The notes under the pieces: generated by a model
What the model was told of the DNA's origin: nothing
Seen by the model: only the letters and a program-made list of their open reading frames with translations
Database searches by the model: none
Origin: Lachnospiraceae bacterium
GTDB lineage: Bacteria; Bacillota; Clostridia; Lachnospirales; Lachnospiraceae
Direction of reading: 5' to 3'
Assembly: GCA_045627365.1 (NCBI GenBank)
Contig: JAZQNN010000031.1
Span: 1 to 64,000 of the forward strand
Length of the DNA stretch: 64,000 nucleotides
Translations under genes and position numbers: made by a program
Shown here: positions 16,095 through 26,210 of the stretch, piece by piece
Layout: every line of letters begins with the position of its first letter
Position numbering within the stretch: position 1 is the first letter of the stretch

Positions 16095-19000
16095 TTATCT
16101 GAAATACTTAACTGCTGCCTCGAACATTCTGATGTCGTAATTGCCCGGAACGTTCTTGTAAAGGCCTGCACCGATTCTTTCTGAATGTCCCATCTTGCCG
16201 AATACTCTGCCGTCCGGTGAGGTGATTCCCTCGATCGCAAATGCCGAATCGTTCGGATTGTATCTGACATCTCCGGTCGCATTGTTTCTGAAATCAACGT
16301 ACTGCGTAGCGATCTGGCCATTTGCCGCGAGCTGCCTGATGAGCTCCTCGGATGCTAAGAATCTGCCTTCTCCGTGTGAAATAGCCACATTGTAGACCTC
16401 ACCCGGCTCTGTAAGTGCCAGCCATGGTGACTTGTTGGATGCAACTCTGGTGCGGACGATCTTGGACTGGTGGCGCGCAATGGTATTGAATGTAAGTGTC
16501 GGGCAGTTCTCATCCGTATCGATGATCTTTCCGTAAGGCACAAGTCCGAGTTTGATGAGAGCCTGGAATCCGTTGCAGATACCGCAGATAAGTCCGTCCC
16601 TTTGTTCAAGAAGTTCCATCACACCCTCCTTGATCGCTGCGTTACGGAAGAATGCCGTGATGAATTTGCCGCTTCCGTCAGGCTCATCTCCGCCGGAAAA
16701 TCCGCCCGGAATGAAGATCATCTGGGCATCTTTCAGCTTGGATGCGAATTCGTCTACGCTGGCTGCGATCGCGTCGGCGCTCAGATTTCTGATAACTATG
16801 ATCTCAGGATCAGCTCCGGCGTCTGCAACAGCCTTGGCACTGTCGTACTCGCAGTTCGTTCCCGGGAACGCCGGAATAAGTACCTTCGGCTTAGCTGATC
16901 TGATATGAGGAACAGGCCAGCCTTCTGCCTTGAAGTTAAAGTTCTCCATCGGGCCGCTGCCCTGAGAAATATTGCAGCTGAATACGCTTTCAAGCTTATC
17001 TTCGTACTCTCTGTTAAGCGCGTTCGTGCTTACTCTTTCATCAGCGAATGGCTCGTTGCCGTATACGAAGAACGCGGCGTTGCTTACCTCACCGAGTGTC
17101 ACAACGTTTACATCCGCAGGAGTATCGGCAATATCCGAAGTAAGCTCAACAACAAATGCGCCGTAATTATATCCGAAGATGTCCTGAACGCTCAGTTCCT
17201 TGTTGAACAGGAATCCGTAATCATTGCCCATGCCCATCTTAAGTACAGCTTCTGCCGCTCCGCCCATACCCGGCGTATACATTGCTGCTGCCTTACCGGA
17301 ACGCGCGAGTGCCGTAACGAAATCAAAACACTTAAGGAGCGATTCGGTAACAGGGAGTCCGTCTTTATCCGTGTCCGGTCTTACAAATATTACTTTGTCT
17401 CCGGCTTTCTTGAAATAGTTCGAAACTATATCGTCTGTCTTCTGCGTGGTGACTGCGAATGAAACCAGTGTCGGCGGAACATCAAGCTGCTCGAAAGAAC
17501 CGCTCATTGAGTCCTTGCCGCCTATTGCGCCTATCTTAAGGGCCATCTGCGCCTTAAAAGCACCAAGAAGTGCGGCAAATGGCTTACCGAATCTTACAGG
17601 ATCCTTGCCCGGCTTCTCGAAATACTCCTGGAATGTGAGATAAACATCCTTGAATTCCGCGCCTGTCGCGATCAGCTTGCTTACCGACTCGATAACTGCC
17701 AGATAGGCTCCGTGGAACGGGCTCTTCTCAGCGATAAACGGATTGTAACCCCAGGACATCAGCGAACAATCGTCAGTATGGCCTTTCTCGACTGATATTT
17801 TCTGGACCATTGCCTGGATAGGTGTCAGCTGCTTTCTTCCGCCGAAAGGCATCAGCACAGTACCTGCGCCGATCGTGGAGTCAAATCTTTCCGACAAACC
17901 TCTCTTAGAGCAGATATTAAGGTCAGATGCAAGTGCTTTATAGTTGCCTGAGAATGATCCCTCGACAGTTTTCTTCCATTCCTTAGGAGCCGCCGGTGTA
18001 AGAGATACATGCTTTGCCGCGCCGTTGGTATCTAAGAACGCACGGCTTACGTCAACTATTACTTTGCCGTTCCAGGTCATTGTAAGACGAGGATCTTCTT
18101 TGACGAGCGCTACGCGGCATGCCTGAAGGTTCTCTTTGTGAGCTAAGGCGATAAATACGTCAGCGTCCTTAGCTTCAACAACAACTGCCGTTCTTTCCTG
18201 AGATTCGCTTATTGCAAGCTCAGTACCGTCAAGACCTTCGTATTTTTTCGGAACTGCGTTAAGGTCGATATCAAGGCCGTCTGCCAGTTCTCCGATTGCT
18301 ACCGAAACTCCGCCTGCGCCGAAGTCGTTGCATCTCTTGATCAGGCGTGATGCCTCAGGATTTCTGAAGAGCCTCTGAAGCTTCCTCTCCTCAGGGGCAT
18401 TTCCTTTCTGGACCTCTGCGCCGCATGTCTCGACAGAGTGCACGTTGTGCGCCTTGGATGAGCCTGTTGCTCCGCCGATACCGTCACGTCCCGTGCTGCC
18501 GCCTAAGAAGATGACAACATCGCCCGGTGCCGGAACTTCTCTTCTTACATTGACCTCAGGGGTTGCCGCTATAACGGCACCGATCTCCATCCTCTTGGCT
18601 GCATAGCCCGGGTGATAAAGCTCATCAACGATGCCTGTCGCAAGGCCTATCTGGTTGCCGTATGAAGAATATCCGTTGGCCGCTGTGGTAACGATCTTAC
18701 GTTGCGGAAGCTTTCCGGGTATCGTGTCCGCAACCGGAGTAAGCGGATCTGCAGCGCCTGTGATACGCATTGCGCCGTAGACGTATGAACGACCTGAAAG
18801 CGGGTCTCTTATCGCGCCGCCGATACATGTTGCGGCGCCGCCGAAAGGCTCGATCTCTGTCGGATGGTTATGTGTCTCGTTCTTGAATAACAAAAGCCAC
18901 GGCTCTGTCTTTCCGTCTACTTCAACATTGATCTTAACGGTGCAGGCATTGATCTCTTCTGACTCATCGAGTTTGCCAAGAAGACCGTGCTTTCTCAAGT

Positions 19001-19835
19001 ATTTAACAGCCAGTGTGCCGATATCCATAAGGCAAACAGGCTTTGTGCGGCCGAGTTCTTTCCTGACTGCAAGATAATCCTCATAGGCTTTGGAAAGTTC
19101 CTCGTCCTCAAATGTAACATTATCTATGATCGTATTGAAGGTGGTATGCCTGCAGTGATCTGACCAATATGTGTCGATCATTCTGATCTCGGTTATGGTC
19201 GGATCTCTGTGCTCTTCATTTTTAAAGTAATCACGACAGAATTCAACGTCGTCCGCATCCATTGCCAGACCGTAGTCCGCAACGAATCCGGCAAAATCCG
19301 CCTTGCTCATCTCATTGAAGCCTTCAAGCGTCTGAACAGTCTCAGGGATAGCGTATTGCGCCTTAAGAGATGCCGGAAGCTCTAAAGATGCCTCGCGCGC
19401 CTCTACAGGGTTGATAACGTATTTCTTGATCTCAGCAAGCTGCTCCTCACTGATATCTCCGTAAAGGACGTAAACCTTGGCAGATGCAATGATCGGACGT
19501 TCCTTCTGTGAGATTATCTGGATGCACTGTGCGGCAGAATCTGCTCTCTGATCAAACTGTCCCGGCAGATACTCAACAGCGAATACCTTGCCTTCTCCAA
19601 GCTCAGCACTTGAAAAAACAGGATCTTCAGACGCGATATCCAGCTGCGGCTCGGAAAAAACAGTCTTTACAGCGTAATCGAAAAGCTCGCCTTCCATACC
19701 TTCTGCGTCGTAACGGTTGAAGATACGGACACCTGTCAGCTCGGCGATACCAAGCAGATTCCTTGCGTCTGAATAAAGGGCTTTGGCCTCATTTGCAAGT
19801 TCTTTTTTCTTCTCAACATAAATTCTGCGAACCAT
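16095..19835 (-). CDS. purL: Phosphoribosylformylglycinamidine synthase, single-chain large form
   Basis: 1246 aa with the FGAM synthase domain order and a C-terminal glutamine amidotransferase domain (Cys in GICNGFQAL). Confidence 0.95.
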   Translation of the reverse strand: MVRRIYVEKKKELANEAKALYSDARNLLGIAELTGVRIFNRYDAEGMEGELFDYAVKTVFSEPQLDIASEDPVFSSAELGEGKVFAVEYLPGQFDQRADSAAQCIQIISQKERPIIASAKVYVLYGDISEEQLAEIKKYVINPVEAREASLELPASLKAQYAIPETVQTLEGFNEMSKADFAGFVADYGLAMDADDVEFCRDYFKNEEHRDPTITEIRMIDTYWSDHCRHTTFNTIIDNVTFEDEELSKAYEDYLAVRKELGRTKPVCLMDIGTLAVKYLRKHGLLGKLDESEEINACTVKINVEVDGKTEPWLLLFKNETHNHPTEIEPFGGAATCIGGAIRDPLSGRSYVYGAMRITGAADPLTPVADTIPGKLPQRKIVTTAANGYSSYGNQIGLATGIVDELYHPGYAAKRMEIGAVIAATPEVNVRREVPAPGDVVIFLGGSTGRDGIGGATGSSKAHNVHSVETCGAEVQKGNAPEERKLQRLFRNPEASRLIKRCNDFGAGGVSVAIGELADGLDIDLNAVPKKYEGLDGTELAISESQERTAVVVEAKDADVFIALAHKENLQACRVALVKEDPRLTMTWNGKVIVDVSRAFLDTNGAAKHVSLTPAAPKEWKKTVEGSFSGNYKALASDLNICSKRGLSERFDSTIGAGTVLMPFGGRKQLTPIQAMVQKISVEKGHTDDCSLMSWGYNPFIAEKSPFHGAYLAVIESVSKLIATGAEFKDVYLTFQEYFEKPGKDPVRFGKPFAALLGAFKAQMALKIGAIGGKDSMSGSFEQLDVPPTLVSFAVTTQKTDDIVSNYFKKAGDKVIFVRPDTDKDGLPVTESLLKCFDFVTALARSGKAAAMYTPGMGGAAEAVLKMGMGNDYGFLFNKELSVQDIFGYNYGAFVVELTSDIADTPADVNVVTLGEVSNAAFFVYGNEPFADERVSTNALNREYEDKLESVFSCNISQGSGPMENFNFKAEGWPVPHIRSAKPKVLIPAFPGTNCEYDSAKAVADAGADPEIIVIRNLSADAIAASVDEFASKLKDAQMIFIPGGFSGGDEPDGSGKFITAFFRNAAIKEGVMELLEQRDGLICGICNGFQALIKLGLVPYGKIIDTDENCPTLTFNTIARHQSKIVRTRVASNKSPWLALTEPGEVYNVAISHGEGRFLASEELIRQLAANGQIATQYVDFRNNATGDVRYNPNDSAFAIEGITSPDGRVFGKMGHSERIGAGLYKNVPGNYDIRMFEAAVKYFR

Positions 19836-19854
19836 GTTAATCCTCCGAATAATA

Positions 19855-21117
19855 CTACAGTGCCTTCATGGCTCTTGCGCCGATGTCGTGTCTGTAGTAC
19901 AAGTTATCACATTTTATTTTCTCTACGAGAGCATATGAAGCCTTGATTGCCTCAGGAAGTGACGGAGCCGTTGCCGTAACAGCAAGGACTCTGCCGCCGT
20001 TTGTCAGGAGCTTGCCGCCTTCGGCCTTAGCGCCTGCAACATATACGTTCGGCATTACGTCTTCCGGAATATCCATGACAAATCCCTTCTCATAGGATAC
20101 CGGGTATCCTTTTGATGCCATGATCACGCAGCATGCGCTGCCGTCTGCCCACTTAACATCCATTTCTGAAAGACGCTCTTCGGTAACGGCCTGCATAACG
20201 CTAAGGAGGTCGCTTCCCAGAAGCGGCAGTACGACCTGTGCCTCCGGATCGCCGAATCTGCAATTATATTCGATGACCTTCGGTCCGTTCTTTGTTATCA
20301 TAAGGCCAAAGTAAAGGCATCCTTTGAATGTACGTCCCTCGGCGTTCATGGCGTTCATGGTCGGAAGGAATATCTTCTCCATGCACTCAGCCGCGATTTC
20401 CTCAGTGTAGTAAGGATTCGGCGCGATCGTGCCCATTCCGCCGGTGTTAAGGCCGGTATCATTGTCGCCCGCTCTCTTGTGGTCCATTGAAGAAACCATC
20501 GGAACAACCACTTTGCCGTCGGTAAATGACAATACGGAAACTTCCGGGCCCTCTAAGAATTCCTCGATGACGATATTGTCGCCGCTCTTTCCGAAGACCT
20601 TGTCCTGCATCATTGATACTACAGCTGCCTTGGCTTCCTCGCGTGTCATGGCGATGATAACGCCCTTGCCGAGCGCAAGTCCGTCGGCCTTGATCACTGT
20701 AGGGATCGGTGCTGTGTCAAGGTATTTAAGAGCCGCATCCATGTCGTTGAATACTTCATAAGCTGCGGTAGGTATTCCGTATTTCTTCATCAGGTTCTTG
20801 GAAAACACCTTGCTGCCCTCGATGATCGCAGCATTTGCACGCGGGCCGAAGCACGGGATGCCTACAGCCTCAAGCGCGTCAACGCAGCCCAGGACCAGAG
20901 GATCGTCAGGCGCAACAACTGCATAGTCGATCGCATTTTCCTTGGCCCAGGCAACGATTTTGTCTATCTCCTTGGCTCCGATATCTACGCATTCGGCATC
21001 ACCGGCGAATCCGCCGTTTCCGGGGAGCGCGTAGATCTTCGTAACTTCCGGATTTTCTTTCAGTTTCTTGATGATAGCGTGCTCTCTGCCGCCACCGCCA
21101 ACCACCATTATTTTCAT
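19855..21117 (-). CDS. purD: Phosphoribosylamine--glycine ligase
   Basis: Begins MKIMVVGGGGREHAIIKKL..., with an ATP-grasp GAR synthetase core. Confidence 0.95.
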   Translation of the reverse strand: MKIMVVGGGGREHAIIKKLKENPEVTKIYALPGNGGFAGDAECVDIGAKEIDKIVAWAKENAIDYAVVAPDDPLVLGCVDALEAVGIPCFGPRANAAIIEGSKVFSKNLMKKYGIPTAAYEVFNDMDAALKYLDTAPIPTVIKADGLALGKGVIIAMTREEAKAAVVSMMQDKVFGKSGDNIVIEEFLEGPEVSVLSFTDGKVVVPMVSSMDHKRAGDNDTGLNTGGMGTIAPNPYYTEEIAAECMEKIFLPTMNAMNAEGRTFKGCLYFGLMITKNGPKVIEYNCRFGDPEAQVVLPLLGSDLLSVMQAVTEERLSEMDVKWADGSACCVIMASKGYPVSYEKGFVMDIPEDVMPNVYVAGAKAEGGKLLTNGGRVLAVTATAPSLPEAIKASYALVEKIKCDNLYYRHDIGARAMKAL

Positions 21118-21131
21118 AAGGGATCTCCTTT

Positions 21132-22316
21132 TTAGTGATGGAACAGCCTCATGCCGGTAAACGCCATTGACATTCCGTACTTATCGCAGCACTCGATGAC
21201 CTGCTGGTCACGGATCGATCCGCCCGGCTCCGCAACATACTTAACACCGCTCTTCTTGCCGCGCTCGATGCTGTCCTCGAATGGGAAGAATGCGTCAGAT
21301 CCGAGTGATACGCCGTCAACTGTATCGAGGTATGCTCTCTGCTCTTCCTTGGTGAAAGGAGCCGGCTGCTCGGTGAAGTATTTCTGCCAGTTGCCATCTG
21401 CGCATACATCTTCTTCATTCTGGTTGATATATCCGTCGATAACGTTGTCTCTGATAGGTCTTGCGATGTCCTCACGGAACGGAAGGTTAAGGACCTTGTC
21501 GCTCTGACGGAGGAACCATGTATCAGCTTTACCGCCTGCAAGGCGTGTGCAGTGAACTCTTGACTGCTGGCCTGCGCCAACGCCGATTGCCTGTCCGTCA
21601 ACTGCGAAGCAGACTGAATTGGACTGAGTATATTTCAAGGTGATCAAAGATACGATAAGGTCGCGGATAGCGCTCTTTGGAAGCTCTTTGTCAGCTGTAA
21701 CTACGTTGCTTAAAAGTTCTCTGTTGATCTTGAAGTTATTTCTGCCCTGCTCGAAAGTTACGCCGAATACCTGCTTGGTCTCCTGAACTTCAGGAACGTA
21801 ATTCGGGTCGATCTGAACGATATTGTAGTTGCCGCCTCTCTTGGACTTAAGGATCTCAAGTGCTTCAGGCTCATAACCCGGAGCGATGATTCCGTCTGAT
21901 ACTTCTCACTTGATCATGCTTGCTGTGGTAACGTCGCAAACATCAGAAAGAGCGACCCAGTCGCCGAATGAGCAAAGTCTGTCGGTTCCTCTTGCTCTTG
22001 CGTAAGCGCAGACTAAAAGAGAATCGTCAAGACCCGGAATATCATCATAGAAGCAGGCTTTCTTAAGCTTTTCAGGAAGAATGGTTCCTACTGCTGCAGA
22101 TGTCGGGCTAACATGCTTGAAAGATGTAGCTGCAGGAAGTCCGAGCGCCTCTTTAAGTTCCTTAACAAGCTGCCATGAGTTGAATGCATCAAGGAAATTG
22201 ATGAATCCCGGACGTCCGTTCAGGATCTGGATAGGCAGTTCTGAGCCGTCTTTCATATAAATTTTGGCCGGCTTCTGATTTGGGTTGCATCCGTATTTAA
22301 GTTCAAATTCTTTCAT
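21132..22316 (-). pseudogene. purH: AICAR transformylase (PurH, AICARFT-domain-only form) with its reading frame interrupted by one in-frame TGA at 21906-21908
   Basis: Track ORFs 21906..22316 and 21132..21647 are in the same frame, and the stretch between them is open. The translation reads ...[31 protein letters not shown]... and aligns without gaps to PurH ...FLEIIIAP...ALDIL... The N-terminus [14 protein letters not shown] matches the AICARFT start. Confidence 0.8.
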
Positions 22317-22327
22317 TGTGCTCCTCC

Positions 22328-23047
22328 TTAAGCATTCTTATTAAGTAAACGTTCTTCCTTAGCGCCCGATGCAAGATCGGTGTAGCGAACGTAAAGAGAT
22401 ATTTTGTTGTCCTGGTTTAAATTATTCCAAAGAAGCTCTGTGAAAGCGTCAATGTCATCACAGATCGCTACGCGTTCAGGCTCGCCCTGGAATGTCGGGA
22501 TCGGATTTCCGTCGCATACATAGGTATGGATGAAATGTCCGAGTCCGTTGATCTTGGAGTAATCGTAGGTGAAACGGTTGCATGCACTGCCTTCGGCATC
22601 CGAGCTCTTTAAAATGCTCATCTGGTAGCCGAAGCTTCCGTTCTCAAACTCGAGCATAGCGCTGATTCTCGGAGTCCAGTTTGGTCCGTCCGGCTCGAAT
22701 TCGCGGCTCTTTAAGGACTCGGCAAAGCCCTTGCCTGCCTCTAATCCTTCATAGATCGTATCGGTCTGATTGCCGTTGGTGACGATCAGCTTGTTTCCGT
22801 ATTCTCTTACAGCTGCGTAAATGATAAGGCTTGGGTCTTCAACCTTTGAAGCATCAAAAGGCTCGGTGAAAACAGCCTCGTCCTTCTTGACAAACACTCT
22901 GTTGCGGCTGTTGTTGGAGCGGCCCATGATAAAATATGCTGCCACTGCCTTGGTGCCGTCAGCTGTTGTGCCGACTACAATGCCTCTTCCCGGGTATGTA
23001 TTGCCTGCAAGAAGCCCGCCCAGATCATCGATCTTGTAAATGTCCAT
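22328..23047 (-). CDS. IMP cyclohydrolase, archaeal PurO-like family
   Basis: 239 aa. [34 protein letters not shown] resembles the PurO N-terminal motifs. It lies between purN and the AICARFT-only purH, where the cyclohydrolase domain would otherwise be encoded. Confidence 0.65.
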   Translation of the reverse strand: MDIYKIDDLGGLLAGNTYPGRGIVVGTTADGTKAVAAYFIMGRSNNSRNRVFVKKDEAVFTEPFDASKVEDPSLIIYAAVREYGNKLIVTNGNQTDTIYEGLEAGKGFAESLKSREFEPDGPNWTPRISAMLEFENGSFGYQMSILKSSDAEGSACNRFTYDYSKINGLGHFIHTYVCDGNPIPTFQGEPERVAICDDIDAFTELLWNNLNQDNKISLYVRYTDLASGAKEERLLNKNA

Positions 23048-23085
23048 ATTCGCTCTCCTCTATGATTATTTATTTACAAACTGAT

Positions 23086-23700
23086 TTATTCTTCCGCGCA
23101 AATAATTGCGCTTACTTTCTCGACAGCCTTTGGGAAAATGACCCATTCGGCCTGCTCCATAACACGCCTTTGAAGGATCTCAGGTGTGTCACCGTCTAAG
23201 ACCTCAACGGCCTTCTGCATAATGATCTCGCCGCCGTCAGGGATCTCGTTTACATAATGAACCGTTGCGCCGGTGACCTTAACGCCGTAATTAAGCGCAG
23301 CCTCGTGGACCCTAAGTCCGTAAAAGCCTTCGCCGCAAAATGACGGGATCAGCGCCGGATGGATATTGATTATCCTCTTCGGATAATGTGAGGTGAATTT
23401 CTCACTTAAGATGCTCATAAAGCCGCCGAGCACGATAAGATCGATTTTTCTCTCATCGATTGCCTCGATCAGAGCATCCTCGAAAGGTTCCTGTCCGCCG
23501 CACGCTTTTCTTGTAATGGTGAGGCCTTCGACACCGGCATTTGCCGCACGTTCAAGCGCATATGCGCCTTCCTTGTTGGAAATTACGAGCACGACTTCAC
23601 CGGATGTGATAATACCGGACTTTTCCGCGTCAAGTATTGCCTGAAGGTTCGTGCCTCCGCCTGATACCAAAACCGCGATTCTTGCTTTCTTTTTCTCCAT
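23086..23700 (-). CDS. purN: Phosphoribosylglycinamide formyltransferase
   Basis: Begins MEKKKARIAVLVSGGGTNLQAILDA, followed by a formyltransferase core. Confidence 0.9.
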   Translation of the reverse strand: MEKKKARIAVLVSGGGTNLQAILDAEKSGIITSGEVVLVISNKEGAYALERAANAGVEGLTITRKACGGQEPFEDALIEAIDERKIDLIVLGGFMSILSEKFTSHYPKRIINIHPALIPSFCGEGFYGLRVHEAALNYGVKVTGATVHYVNEIPDGGEIIMQKAVEVLDGDTPEILQRRVMEQAEWVIFPKAVEKVSAIICAEE

Positions 23701-23716
23701 GACAGCCTTCCTTCGG

Positions 23717-24760
23717 TTACAGAATTACTATTTTCTCATCGCTATCGATGATCCTGCCGATGATGTAAGGTGCTTCGCCGTTTTCTTTAAGAACAGCCAG
23801 TGCCTTATCTGCATCCTCTGCTGCCACAACGATGCTCATGCCGACACCCATGTTGAAGGTATTGAACATATCCCTCTCGCTGATCCCGCCTTCTTTGGCG
23901 ATGAGTCTGAAGATAGGAAGTACCTTAACGTCTTCTTTCCTGATCTCGGCGCCCAGTCCGTCAGGAATGCTGCGCGGGATATTCTCGTAGAAGCCGCCGC
24001 CTGTTATGTGGCTGATGCCTTTGACCCTGACCTCATTAAGAAGCGCAAGAACAGGCTTTACATATATTCTGGTCGGTGTAAGAAGTGTCTCGCCGAGGCT
24101 CCTGCCGCCGAGTTCTTCAACCGGGGACTTAAGGTCTGCGTTTTCAACATCAAATACCTTGCGGACGAGTGAAAATCCGTTGGAATGAACACCGCTTGAA
24201 GGAAGCGCGATGATCACATCTCCGGCCTTCATAGTCTTGTTGTCGATGATCTTGGACTTGTCTACAACGCCTGTTGTGTATCCTGCAAGGTCGTATTCGT
24301 CTACTGAATAGAAGCCCGGCATCTCGGCAGTCTCTCCGCCGATAAGAGCGGCACCTGCCTGAACGCAGCCTTCCGCAACGCCGGCTCCGTTATCGTCGAT
24401 CCTCTCAGGAACGTTCTTGCCGCAGGCAATATAATCGAGGAAGAATAACGGCTTGGCACCGCAGCAGATAACGTCGTTGACGCACATTGCTACGCAGTCG
24501 ATACCGACCGTATCATGCTTGTCCATGAGGAAAGCGATCTTAAGTTTGGTTCCTACTCCGTCTGTTCCGCTTACAAGTACCGGGCGGGTCATGCCTTCGA
24601 TATCAAGCTCAAAAAGGCCTCCGAAACCGCCTACGTCCGAACAAACGCCCTCGGTCATGGTCCTTGCTATATGCTTCTTCATCAATTCAACAGCCTTGTA
24701 ACCTGCGGTAATATCAACGCCCGCTGCTGCGTAGCTGTCTGATCTGGATAAATCATTCAT
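23717..24760 (-). CDS. purM: Phosphoribosylformylglycinamidine cyclo-ligase (AIR synthetase)
   Basis: AIRS N- and C-domains; motifs GGFGGLFEL and [10 protein letters not shown]. Confidence 0.95.
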   Translation of the reverse strand: MNDLSRSDSYAAAGVDITAGYKAVELMKKHIARTMTEGVCSDVGGFGGLFELDIEGMTRPVLVSGTDGVGTKLKIAFLMDKHDTVGIDCVAMCVNDVICCGAKPLFFLDYIACGKNVPERIDDNGAGVAEGCVQAGAALIGGETAEMPGFYSVDEYDLAGYTTGVVDKSKIIDNKTMKAGDVIIALPSSGVHSNGFSLVRKVFDVENADLKSPVEELGGRSLGETLLTPTRIYVKPVLALLNEVRVKGISHITGGGFYENIPRSIPDGLGAEIRKEDVKVLPIFRLIAKEGGISERDMFNTFNMGVGMSIVVAAEDADKALAVLKENGEAPYIIGRIIDSDEKIVIL

Positions 24761-24763
24761 TGA

Positions 24764-26188
24764 TTATTCCCTCCCGTTCCAACAATATGTGCAAAGTGAG
24801 TCCGGATCCAGTCCGATGGCCTTGATAACGCCCTCTAATGACTGGAAATCCAGCGAGTCGAAATTCAGATTTTTGCTGATGGTCTCGCGCAGTTTTTTGC
24901 CGCGTTCGGTCGTGCCGTCACTGTATTCGTCAAGATGCTTCATTCCTTCTTCGCCTTCAAGCTCGAAGACAGTCTTGCGTGCGATCAGGTCCATATCCGA
25001 ATTGGATGTGGAGAAAGCGAGATATTTGCAGGCACACATGATCGGCGGGCATGCCGAGCGCATGTGGACCTCTTTTGCGCCGTTCTCATAAAGGAATTCA
25101 ACAGTCTCCCTCAACTGTGTTCCGCGGACTATCGAATCATCAACAAAAAGAAGTTTTTTATCTTCAATAAGTTCTTTGACCGGGATCTGCTTCATCTTGG
25201 CAACCATGTTGCGCTCTGACTGAAGGATCGGCATGAAGCTTCTTGTCCAGGTCGGTGTGTATTTGATAAAGGCACGGGCGAATGGTTTTCCGCTTCTGTT
25301 GGCGTATCCGATGGCATGCGGTGTTCCCGAATCCGGAACGCCTCCCACATAATCGATGTCATCAAGAAGCCCCTTCTTCATGTCCTGTTCAGCCAGTATC
25401 GCGCCGTTCCTGTAACGCATGGCCTCGACGTTGATGCCCTCGTAATCGGATGTAGGATATCCGTAGTAACTCCAGAGGAACGCGCAGATGCGCATCTTCT
25501 CAAGAGGTCCTGCCAGAACCTCAAATCCGTCCGGTGTGATTTCAACTATCTCGCCCGGTCCCAGTTCCTTGACGTTCTCAAATCCGAGTTTGAAATTGGC
25601 GAAAGACTCAAGCGATACAGCGTATCCGTCGTTGCATTTGCCGACATTCATCGGAAGACGGCCTACCAGGTCGCGGGCAGCGATAATATTGCCGTTTTCT
25701 TTAAGAACGACAACTGATGCCGTTCCGTCGATTTTCTGCTGAGCAAAGCGGATGCCGTCGGCAAAATTATCTCTCATGGTTATCAGTGCGGCCAGAAGTT
25801 CTGTCGTATTGACCTTGCCGCCTGTCATCGCATCGAAATGATTGCCGCCCTGTTCAAGACACATTTCGACCAGTTCGTCGCGGTTGTTGATGATGCCGGT
25901 CATAATGATGGCAAATGTTCCGAGAGAAGATCTGATCAGCATCGGCTGCGGATAACTGTCGCTGATGCATCCGATCGCCGAAGTTCCGCCCATTTCATCA
26001 AAAACATGCTCAAACTTCGTTCTGAAAGGCGCGTTATTGATTTTGTGAATGACCCTCTGAAGGCCTACTTCAGGGTCGTATGCCGCAAGACCTGCGCTGC
26101 TGGTTCCCAGGTGAGAATGATAATCCACACCGAAAAATACATCTTCAAGACATGGTTTTTTGGAAGCTATTCCGAAAAATCCACCCAT
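24764..26188 (-). CDS. purF: Amidophosphoribosyltransferase-like protein (PurF position; canonical PRTase domain, divergent Ntn domain lacking the N-terminal Cys)
   Basis: The C-terminal PRTase domain is conserved (GVPDSGTPHAIGYA...LLFVDDSIVRGTQLRETV...MRSACPPIMCACKYL). The N-terminus reads MGGFFGI, where canonical PurF has MCG(I/V)FGI. The start ATG 26188 was verified and an in-frame TAG lies two codons upstream. Confidence 0.8.
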   Translation of the reverse strand: MGGFFGIASKKPCLEDVFFGVDYHSHLGTSSAGLAAYDPEVGLQRVIHKINNAPFRTKFEHVFDEMGGTSAIGCISDSYPQPMLIRSSLGTFAIIMTGIINNRDELVEMCLEQGGNHFDAMTGGKVNTTELLAALITMRDNFADGIRFAQQKIDGTASVVVLKENGNIIAARDLVGRLPMNVGKCNDGYAVSLESFANFKLGFENVKELGPGEIVEITPDGFEVLAGPLEKMRICAFLWSYYGYPTSDYEGINVEAMRYRNGAILAEQDMKKGLLDDIDYVGGVPDSGTPHAIGYANRSGKPFARAFIKYTPTWTRSFMPILQSERNMVAKMKQIPVKELIEDKKLLFVDDSIVRGTQLRETVEFLYENGAKEVHMRSACPPIMCACKYLAFSTSNSDMDLIARKTVFELEGEEGMKHLDEYSDGTTERGKKLRETISKNLNFDSLDFQSLEGVIKAIGLDPDSLCTYCWNGRE

Positions 26189-26210
26189 TACCTATCCTCC
26201 AAAAAACTGA

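Noticed and set aside
16470-17462. Plus-strand ORFs of 60-230 aa antisense to purL, comM, purM, purF, nrdD and other genes (for example 15391..16071, 16470..16898, 16905..17462, 23651..24172, 25316..25717)
   Set aside because: They lie entirely inside well-supported minus-strand genes and have low-complexity or atypical composition (Ser/Ala/Arg-rich). They lack a Shine-Dalgarno and resemble no protein family. They are typical antisense frame artefacts.
21906-21908. Genome-wide TGA reassignment (code 4/25) as the explanation for the purH internal TGA
   Set aside because: TGA clearly terminates comEA (10589), comEC (7909) and pyrC (31925), each with the next start codon placed accordingly. So TGA is a stop codon here.
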